The translations under genes were made by a program, and so were the position numbers. Positions 54,726 through 64,000 of a stretch of 64,000 bases of DNA are shown here, in pieces. The DNA is taken from assembly GCF_009914755.1 (NCBI RefSeq), contig NC_060935.1; one strand, given 5' to 3'. Every line of letters starts with the position of its first letter. Position 1 is the stretch's first letter. The notes below the pieces were generated by a model, which searched no databases, was not told the DNA's origin, and saw only the letters and a list, made by a program, of their open reading frames with translations. The DNA is from the human T2T-CHM13v2.0 reference genome, Homo sapiens.

Positions 54726-56096
54726 AGAAAATGGAATCGGTTCTAATTCTGAACCTTTGCCAACATCTGAACTTGCTATTCTGATATCAGTTTTTCATCT
54801 GTCACTAAGACAAGCTGAAAGAGCTAAACTTTAGGTTTTCTTGATTATACAATGTTCCATTTTGATATGTAGCAAGGATAACTTCTCTGGATTCCTAAAT
54901 GAGCCAAATACAATTAGAAAAAGAGAGAAACGGAAGAGAGATGGGGCAGGGAAGGTATATACTATACCATGAAGGATGAGGACTCCAGTTGTTTAGTTTC
55001 ACCCTGCAGGGCTGAAGGAGATTCTTCCTTATGTATTAGTGTCACTCCTTGGGAGCACGGGGGTCAGCATCACATGAGGACATCAGTTGCCCTGGAGGTT
55101 CCCAGGCTGGCCTAACTGCCTGCAAAGTCTCCCTGTTACCTCTCTTGTTTTTGCCAAATGCCAGGTCAGGGATCTAATTTTACCACGACCTCATGCAGGT
55201 GATTTCTGCCCACGCAGATGATTTCAGTCTACCTGAGAGAAGCCAGGGTTGAGCTGGGTTAATGGGGAGCGGGCCAGGAATCCTGGGCCCCTAATCACCA
55301 GCTTCCACAGAAAACCTCACCAATGCCTGCAGCTTTTTAATTTGCAGAGCCGACTTTAGGACTCACTGGGGTGGTGCCGCCCAGAGAAGAGGCACAGAGG
55401 GAGGACAAGGAGATGGCAGCATGCTCCACTGCACTTCTCCCCAGAATGCAATGTGACACGAGACATCGGGAGATGGCAGTGAAAGTTCAAGGGAAAAACA
55501 CACAGTTATTTATGGCTCGGGCATCTGTTGTCAGATCAGAAACAGAGACCTAATCTAAGACAAATCCAGCAGCCTGTACCAGAGCAGATGGGGAGGTGTG
55601 TGCAATGCTCAATCCTGTTCAATCCTCAATTTATTATTATTCCTCATCTCCAGATCCCATCTCCAAAGGAGACATTTGTCCTGGCTACCATGCCAGGAGC
55701 CCCAGTGGGTGGATAGGGGAATGAAAGTGTCCTTCTGCTGCATAGGTGGTTATTTCCATTGTGTGGCTTGGAGCCTTCCATGTGAGAAGAGAAGGTTTTG
55801 GCAAAATCCAAAAAGGAGACAATGAAAAAGGGAGCAAAAGGAAAATTCCAGCCCAAGAAAACCACAGGCTGAATGGAAACGGGATTGGCCTGAAGTCCAG
55901 AGATTAAAGACTCCAATCTTCTCTTGTCCTACCTGCTGAGTGACCTTGGGCAAGTCATTTTACCTATCTGAGTGTCCTTTTCGGCCAAATGTTTGAGATT
56001 TTGTAATTGTGCATTCCCAAAATTGCACACAGATGCCTGTTAAACCCGAGTGCAAATGAAAACATACAAAACGTGGAGTCAAGAGATCTGGGTTGA

Positions 56097-56964
56097 TAGG
56101 GCTCCTCAGCTCTCTGCTCTCTCCCACATCTGGGGGTCCTGGGGGAAAGGGATTTGGGGAGGCAGCAGGGCCCACACAACCACTCTTGCTTCCCATCTTG
56201 TTTGTCCCCACAGTCACGAGAAGCAGCCACACTGAGGACAGCAGTGGAGGCCAAGGTAGTGGAGGGGGTACACCCCAGTGGCCCCCTTCCGGTAGCCTCC
56301 CTCCATAACTGAGTGGTCCACATATTTGCACTACGGGTTCCCCAGCTCCTTTCCAGGGAGAGAAGACAGGAGGTCCTGAGGGGTCTGCGGCCCCTCTCTG
56401 GGCATCCCTGAAGAGTCAGGACTGCTCCCTGGGCCAGGCTGCACTGAGAGCCCCCTGAGTCCAGCCAGCCCGGGCTCTCGGGCCCTGTACCTGCCTCAGG
56501 TCTTTCTTGCTGCAGCCTTCTCCAGCCCGGCTTCCACCCCTGGGGCAGGCGGCCCCTCCTGCCTTCTCCTGCAGGGCACCTCCCTACCTTACAACTCTCC
56601 AGGAAATGGTGCTCTCCTGCCCTGCCTCTGGCCCTACTCGGGCCACTGCCCCCTCAGCCATGTGGCACTTCTGGGCTCCTGACCTAGGCCAGGGGGAGGT
56701 TTCTGCCCCCTTCCCTCACCCTGGGCTACCCTTGGGCCCTGCTCCTCAGGCCACTCCCCGACCCCTGACCCTGGGGAGGAGACTGCCCTGGTCACGGCTG
56801 CCTGTGAGTCGTTCCTGACTCATCACTGTCCCCAGGTATACCATTCCTGCCCTCTCCTCAGCTGCAGTTGAAGGCTTTAATTTTGCACACTTGGGGATCA
56901 CAGTTGCATCATTGTGTATTAACTAATCAGAATAAATCAAGCAGGTCTCAAAAAAAAAAAAAAA
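56097..56964 (+). pseudogene. L1-mediated retrocopy of an mRNA 3' end (5'-truncated, mostly 3'UTR); parent gene not recognised
   Basis: GC-rich unique sequence with AATAAA at 56931-56936 and poly(A) at 56950-56964. Perfect 16 bp TSD AAGAGATCTGGGTTGA at 56081-56096 and 56963-56978. Inserted in MIR-like sequence. Confidence 0.9.
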
Positions 56965-58416
56965 GAGATCTGGGTTGAAGTTCTAATTGTTAAGTACTAG
57001 CCTAGTAATCGAAGGCAAAACACCTTTCCCTGCTGGCTCTTAATGGTCATAAAAGGCATGGGTGTGTTACGGGCACTTTCCTACTCTAAAAACTCCACAA
57101 TTATTTAATGTGTGAGAAGAAAACCTGAAAATTATTAGAAGATGGCAAAATGAAAGAAGTCTGAGAAATTCAGATGCAACCCCTGATCTATGTTAGGTAC
57201 TCAATGTATCTTGGTTGAATGAGCGAAGTCAGCCTCATTGGTGACTTTGGTGATTTCTGGGTCCCTGGCTTGTTGGGCCCAGTCCTGTCATGCATTGCAG
57301 ACTCTTAGCCCCCAGTGAGGCAGGTAGACCCATAGCCTACCCTACCTCACCCTGGGAGCAATCCATCTATCTCACAAGACTTCTCACATTAGCATATGCC
57401 TGTCTCCAAGAGCAATCTACAGTAAGAGGGCAGAGGGAGAAAGAGGGAGAGAGGATGGGAGCTGCCTAGAGGAAGGAGACTGTTAAGACAAGGCTTGGAG
57501 GGCCTCGATTTGAATCTCCATGCCTGTACTGATTAAGCTGCTTTGCAAGATTTTTTCAGAAGGTGCTTTAATCTCAGGAGACACCTTATTTTGCCCATTT
57601 GAGATGCACCGTCTCAACTGAAAATATGCATCAATAAGCCCTATATGTTTCATTAAAAAGCAGAATTACATTTCCTAACCTGCCCATTTATACTTTGGTC
57701 AGTGTCCACTTACACTTTGGTCAGTGTCATTCAGAAGGCAATGCCTTCTCAGGGCCTGAAGCAGCTAAAGTGAAGGGGCTCAGCTTCCCTGAGAGAGCAG
57801 GACAAATAGACTTTCTCCTTGATCTAACTGCAGGCACACTCGCTGGGAGCTCTGGCCCCAGGAGGGCTACGTGTATGTGAAAACTGGGTAGTCTGATATA
57901 GTAATAATGATAAATAAAGACCTGAAGCAAAGCTTCAGGTAGACAGATGTTTTGATTGACTAGACACAGGAGTCTTTGTTGCCAGTGCCTGAGAGAGGGT
58001 GGGTGAAGGGATAATCACATTTCAGCCCCCATTCTCGGGGGCTGCCCACTACTGCACCTCACCTGGGTGTTTTGCATTCCTCTGACAACCCAGGCAATCA
58101 GAAAGGACTTAAGGCTGCCAAGTAGTCCTTGTTAGTTAGCATTTGCAAGTGACCATGCAAGACCTCACTTTTCCCCAAGCTTTATTCCTTCCCTGGGGTA
58201 TCTAGCTGGAAGGGAAAAAAAGATATGATCTGTTGTCCCTAAATAAGGCCTGTCTGGGAAGTCTCTGGGGGTGCCTTTTGTGTTGAGACCAGAGGTCTTT
58301 CCTATGGTCCAGCCAGTACCTCTGAGCAGAGAGAAGTAGGGGAGCTAGATCTCATCACCCCAGGCTACAAGGCAGAAGCTTCTGAGGAAGACAGTGTCCA
58401 CGTCTGGTGAGATGAT

Positions 58417-58617
58417 GAGATGGGGCCTGTTTGCAGTCCTAGGCAGGCTCTTTCCACAGCCTGAAACTCTGCAGTTGATTTTGCCTATGTTGGCATCTGT
58501 TTGTAGCTTTCACCAGTGAGATGCGCCCTGTTTGCAGTCCTAGGCAGGCTCTTTCCACAGCCTGAAACTCTGCGTTGATTTTGCCTATGTTGGCATCTGT
58601 TTGTAGCTTTCACCAGT
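58417..58617. repeat. Tandem duplication, 101 bp + 100 bp
   Basis: 58417-58517 and 58518-58617 differ by two substitutions and one 1 bp indel. Confidence 0.97.
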
Positions 58618-58857
58618 AATGTCTGTCAATGGACTCATTATCATCAAGGATAAGAGATTAAGAAATTATGAATGTGTAGACACTTTTGTTTGCATCTAAT
58701 GGTTTGTGTATTTAATGGTTTATTTTATTGATGACAACTGTCCTCATGTGCACTTTATAAAGTACAAATTGGACTTGTAGTTACTCTTATTTGAAGTTTC
58801 TCACCTCTATTATCTTTGATTTTTAACCACCCCTAATGAGGATAATAGTCATTGTTC

Positions 58858-58876
58858 AGATAAATAGATGATAGAT

Positions 58877-58913
<37 letters not shown>

Positions 58914-58929
58914 GATAGAGAGATAGATA
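58858..58929. repeat. (GATA)n tetranucleotide microsatellite
   Basis: ATAGATAGATAG... core at about 58877-58913 with imperfect flanks. Confidence 0.95.
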
Positions 58930-58984
58930 AAAAGAAAGAAATAATAAGGTCTCCAAGCTAGCAAGGGCTTTGGAAATTATGTCT

Positions 58985-59046
58985 ATTAAAGGAGCTCATG
59001 ATGTGTAGCCTGGAAAAGAGAGTTTAAGTGGGACATGATAGCTGTC
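58985..59046 (+). mobile_element. L3/CR1 fragment (continues at ~61670-61897)
   Basis: TTAAAGGAGCTCATGATGTGTAGCCTGGAAAAGAGA...GACATGATAGCTGTC resembles L3. An L3-like 3' tail CTAAGATTCTAAGACTCT lies at ~61879-61896. Confidence 0.6.
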
Positions 59047-59066
59047 AAGATTAGAATTACATTCTT

Positions 59067-60547
59067 TTATTTTTTTCTTCTCACTTTTGTCAAGTCTCTA
59101 CTGTTTTATAAAATCTTTCATTTTAGGCTCAGGGATAATGTGCGGGTTTGTTTTATAGGTAAACTTGTGTCATGGGGGTTTGTTTTACAGATTATTTTGT
59201 CACCCAGGTTCTAAACATGGTAGCCAGCAGTTATTTTTTTCTGCTCCTCTCCCTCCTTTCACCCTCCCCTCTCAGGAAGGCCCCAGTGTCTGTTGTTTCC
59301 ACCTTTGTGTCCATGAGTTCTCATTATTTAACTTCCATTTATAAATAAGAACATGCAGTATTTGGTTTTCTGTTCCTGCATTAGTCTGCTAAACATAATG
59401 GCCTTCGGCTTCATCTATATTCGTTCAAACACCATGATCTTGTTCCTTTTTATGGCTGCATAGTATTCCTTAGTGCTTTATCTAATCTGTCATTAATGAG
59501 CGTTTAAGTTGATTCCATGTCTCTGCTACTGTGAATGGTGCTGCAGTGAATATTCACGTGCATGTGTATTTATGGTAGAATGATTTATATTCCTCTGGGT
59601 ATAACTCAGTAATGGGATTGCTGAGTTGAATGTTAGTTTTGTTTTTAGCTCTTTGAGGAATCACCGCACTGCTCTCCACAGTGGTTGAACTAATTTACGT
59701 TCCCATCAACAGTATGTAAGTGTTCCCTTTTCTCAGCAACCTAGCCAGCATCTGTTATTTTTTGACTTTTTAATATAGCCATTCTGATTAATGTGAGATG
59801 GTATCTCATTGTAGTTTTGATTTGTATTTCTCTAATGATCAGTGATATTGAGCTTTTTTCATGTGCTTGTTGGCCACATGTATGGCTTATTTTGAAAAGT
59901 GTCTGTTCATGTCCTTTGCCCACTTTTTAATGGAGTGGTTTGGGATTTTTTTGTAAATTTGTTTAAGATCCTTATAGGTTGTCTGTTTACTCTGTTGATA
60001 GTTTCTTTTGCAGTGCGGAGGTTCTTAAATTTAGGTCCCATTTGTCAATTTTTGCTTTCATTGTGATTGCTTTAGGACTCTTCGTTGTGAAATTTTTGCC
60101 CATTCCTATGTTCAGAATGGTATTGCCTAGGTCATCTTCTGCGGTTTTTTAAGTTTTGGGTTTTACATTTAAGTCTTTAATCCAACTTGACTTGATTTTT
60201 GTATGTGGTTGTAAGGATGGGGTCTAGTTTCAATCTTCTGCATATGGCTAGCCAATTATCCCAGCACTATTTCTTGAATAGGGGGTCCTTTCCCCATTGC
60301 TTCTTTTTTTCAGCTTTGTCAAAGATCAGATGCTTATATGTGTGCGATCTTATTTCTGGGCTCTTTATTCTGTTCTTTTGGTCTATGTGTCTGCTCTTGT
60401 ACCACTACCATGCTGTTTTAGTTACTATAGCCCTGCAGTATAGTTTGAAGTCAGGTAATGTGACGTCTCCAGGTTTGTCCTTTTTGCTTAGTCTTGCCTT
60501 GGGTATCTAGGCTGCTTTTTGGTTCCATATGAACTTTAAAATAGTTT
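59067..60547 (-). mobile_element. Older L1PA (about PA13-PA16), 5'-truncated (~1.5 kb)
   Basis: ATTTTAGGCTCAGGG...CAGATTATTTTGTCACCCAGG 3'UTR. ORF 59741..59923 is ORF2-like. TSD TTAGAATTACATTCTT 59051-59066 vs TTAGAATTATATTCTT 60548-60563. Confidence 0.92.
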
Positions 60548-60563
60548 TTAGAATTATATTCTT

Positions 60564-61640
60564 AAAACTATTTGTGAAATTGTGAAGTATAATACACATG
60601 TAGAGAAGTATGGAAAATAAATATATAGCTTAACCTATCATTAAGAAAGAAATTCATGTAACCATCACCCCCTCAAGACAAGATACATAGCATTGCCACC
60701 CTCGTCCACACCTTGCCTTCTCTACTGCACCATATTTTGGCCCTCAGTGGTAATCACAACCTCACAGTTGTGTCTTCTATGGCAATTAACTTTTTAAAAT
60801 TTTGCTAATAGATTATCATCTAAATATGCAACCCAAACAATATATTTTTGCATTTTTGAATTGTATATAAATGGAGATGTATCCTATACTAACTTCCTTT
60901 GCTCAACATTGTGGGTTTTTAAGATTTATCCATGTTGTTTCTTGTAATTACGGTTTGTTCATTTTTGTTAGTGTATAATATTTCCCTTGCATTAACATAC
61001 CATAATTTATTAATCCAACCTAATGTTAGTAAACACTTGGGCTTTTTCCAATGTGAGGCCGTTAAACTGACAGTGCTGCTATGAGCAGCATCATTTGTGT
61101 ATCCTGGTACACATGAGCAGCCATGGGGTAAATATCCAGGAGGAGCATTTCTGGGTCATAGAGTTTGCATATCTTCAGCTTCATCAGATGACACTAAACA
61201 CTATTTTTCAAGCTGATTGCTCCAATTTACTATTCCACTAGCCATGACAAAACTTAACTTGAACCTCATCTTTCTCCATACTTGCTATTGTCAGACTTTT
61301 ATGTTTTCTGCCATTCTAGTTATTAATGAGGTTGAGCACCTTTTCTCTTATTTATTGGCCATTTACGAGTGTCATCCAGCCTTTTGTTCATGTTTTCATC
61401 AATTTGTCTTTCTTCTCATTGTTTGGAGGAATTACTGATATGTCATGAAATTAAAGTCTTTGTCAGATGTGTGTACATCAAATGTCTTACCCTAGCAAAT
61501 GGCTTGCATTCTACACTTTAATGGGGTCTTTGGATGGACAGATTACAATTTTAATATTGTCATATATATAAATCTTTTCATTTATAATTAATTCATTTTC
61601 TGGTCTGTTTAAGAAATTCTTCCCTATGCACTTCAAATTC
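60564..61640 (-). mobile_element. Ancient L1M (L1MD/ME-like) 3' fragment
   Basis: TTTTTGAATTGTATATAAATGGAG...TTTGCTCAACATTGTG...AAGATTTATCCATGTTG...TAATGAGGTTGAGCACCTTTTC. Confidence 0.8.
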
Positions 61641-62782
61641 CAAGTTGAGATTTATATATGTACATTTAGTTCTAAAAGTAGAATCAGGACCAATGTATCT
61701 GCTGCTACAAGGAGCATATTTTCAATACAGAGAAGATTTTCCAACATTTCAGAGCTGTTCAATGAACCATCTTGCTCCCTGTCACCCAGGAGGTTTCAGA
61801 AAAGAGTGTGTAAAGACCCACCAGGGATTCTGTAGGGGAGGTTTTCCTTCAATGAGACCTCTATGGTCTATTCAAACACTAAGATTCTAAGACTCTAATT
61901 AGTTATAAAATATACTTTGATAAATATTGAATTATAACCAGTACGGGGCTTTAGCCGTGACATAAGTCGTGATGCATTTGAATGCTTATTAACATAAACA
62001 GACATGAATGCCTATATTCCACACTGTTTGTGTCCCGTATTGTGTCTTACCTCAAGTTGCCTGGCCCCAGAACTTCTCTTCCATTCTCATCTCCATACCT
62101 AGTTCACAGAAGCATACTCAGCCTTCTGCGTGGTCTATTGTTATCACTGGCTAAGGTTACAGGCAGTGCTAGAAAATAGGGTTTATTTCAAGCTGACTCA
62201 ATGAGTGGTAGTTTCCTGGAGAGGAGGACTAGGGATGAGAAATAGCAGAGGCTGCCTGACTGGGGCTTCATCAGAATATTCTCAATATGGAGCACTGCAG
62301 TGAGATCTGCCCAAGGATGTAGGTTGCACCAGAGGCCCAACACTTAGCTGCTGGGGCTTCAGAGGGCAGAGCCCAGAGGTGGGCAGTGGGGCCTCTGCTA
62401 ATGCTTGGACAGCAGAGGAGATCTAATCCTAATCCCCCAAACACAGATCTTTCCCAGGTCTGTTTGTCTTCCCCTAATCCTCTAATATTTAAAGCAATTT
62501 CAATCCTATTTGAAGAGACTTCCCAGCAGTTTGAGTCTGGGGCCTCTGGAGGTAGGTATGGAAGGAGGGGGAAAGAAGGAAGCAGGGAGGAGCAAGAGTG
62601 AGAGGAAGCCCTGGAGAGCAGGGGGAGGACTGAAAAGAGACAGGCTGCCAATACTGGCTGAATTACATCTTCCTGAAGCTACCTTCCCAAAGATGGCTTC
62701 TTCATGATTTCTGAGAGTGAGGATGGGAAGGGAGGAAGAGAAGGTGGGCCTTAGACTAAGATCTGGCCCTTGAATAAAGTAA

Positions 62783-62940
62783 GTTCATTCATTCATTTAT
62801 TCATTCAATCAGTCAGTCAACAGAATACATATTGAGCACCTACTGTGAGGCTAAAGCTACATTGACCTTGAACAGATAACTACCAGAATCGTAATGATTA
62901 CCAAAAAAAGTACAGAGTGCAGTGAGATCCTATATGGGCT
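62783..62940 (-). mobile_element. L2 3' end
   Basis: TTCATTCATTCATTTATTCATTCAATC...ATATTGAGCACCTACTGTG. Confidence 0.75.
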
Positions 62941-63899
62941 ACTCAAAGTTGAGACCAAGTCAGATGTGTCTGTAGAAGCAGAGACCTGACCATTCACTTG
63001 TATGCTATTTTTATAACCTTATCACTTGTGCTTTCTGCTCTTTGTAAAAAAAATGATTCCTGCTTCTTCTATTCTGGTGTCCTTTAGCTCTAGAGCCCTT
63101 GGCTTCTGCTCCATCAAATTGGACTAGCCAAAATTAGAAAATAATGTATTGGTCTCTGCTGGATTATGGTAGCTCATGACAAAGACCTGGGAGAAAGGAG
63201 TTTCCCAGAAAGACAAAGGGAGTGGCTCTGTCTAGAAAGATATGTGGTGGTCTAAGAATGGTCTCATTCCTTACACTTTGCCTTTTTTCAACAGACCAAG
63301 AAGAGGACACACCTCTAAGCAGGGCATCCTCATTCAAAAACATCTGCCTGTTCCAGGTTATTGAACGGTCCCTCCCTTTAAGCCACACCCCTTGCTTTGT
63401 AAACATTTAACTGACATGATAGATACAATGAATGGGTGGATGGATGGAGGGATGAGCAGGTGGATGACAGACAAATGGAAAAATAGATCTATCTTAGATA
63501 GGTGGATGATACATTAATTTCTCTAGGATTTTAAATGAGAAAGTAGAAGGTAAGATAAAAGATTGTATAACTACATAGAAGGCAAAGAACCGAAATATCA
63601 TTTCAAGCAAAAACAAAAATCTCAAGCAGTTTTTATAAGAGAAGTGCAAGCGACAGATGCAGACCAAATGTACAATTTATTTAGAAGATTCCCTGAGGGC
63701 ATTGATAGAAAAATGAGGAAGGAAAGCCAGTACCCATCAGTGTGAAGTCTGGCTAAGCATTTCTTTACACTCCTCCTTGATGCTGGGGCAAGAATGTAGG
63801 GCAGGATTTTACTGAGCAACTACTAATATTCTAATAATGCATAGAATGTAAGGGGATCTACCAAGAAATTTGCTTAAGATCTACAACATTAACCTTAAA

Positions 63900-64000
63900 C
63901 CACAGTGTTCTAGTCCATCTCTGCCAACAACTGCCTGAGTAACCTTGGGCTGCCCCTTTAAATTACAAGCCTCAATTTTCTCATCTGCGAAATGGAGATG
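63900..64000 (+). mobile_element. MIR SINE (runs off the window)
   Basis: GAGTAACCTTGGGC...AGCCTCAATTTTCTCATCTGCGAAATGGAGATG. Confidence 0.75.

Noticed and set aside
55960-56818. Several 100-123 aa ORFs over the GC-rich insert
   Set aside because: High GC suppresses stop codons, and some of these ORFs cross the TSD boundary. The insert is mostly 3'UTR-like and no ORF is a recognisable protein.

Overview
This is primate, most likely human, non-coding nuclear DNA, judged from Alu S/J, L1PA, THE1, MST and MADE1 elements. I find no intact protein-coding exon, RNA gene, CRISPR array or prokaryotic system. The ORF track is explained by L1/Alu/LTR remnants, simple repeats or chance. The window is a layered record of transposable elements: many MIR, L2 and L3 fragments, MaLR LTRs, hAT and mariner DNA elements, a full-length ~8 kb L1MA with a still-readable target-site duplication (TSD), several younger 5'-truncated L1s and five Alus (one a monomer). 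The most notable non-routine structures are: (i) an ~85 bp inverted duplication with serial partial re-copies around a 1.3 kb segment (3016-4597); (ii) an ~870 bp GC-rich mRNA retrocopy with poly(A) and a 16 bp TSD that appears to retain a splice acceptor (56097-56964); (iii) a near-perfect 101 bp tandem duplication (58417-58617); (iv) a MADE1 hairpin with a compensatory base-pair change; and (v) several repeat-free, homeobox/SOX/MEIS-motif-rich blocks that look like developmental enhancers. I cannot identify the locus or the parent gene of the retrocopy, and I cannot claim a new biological system. Subfamily names come from recalled consensus sequences, and the boundaries of old repeats are approximate.
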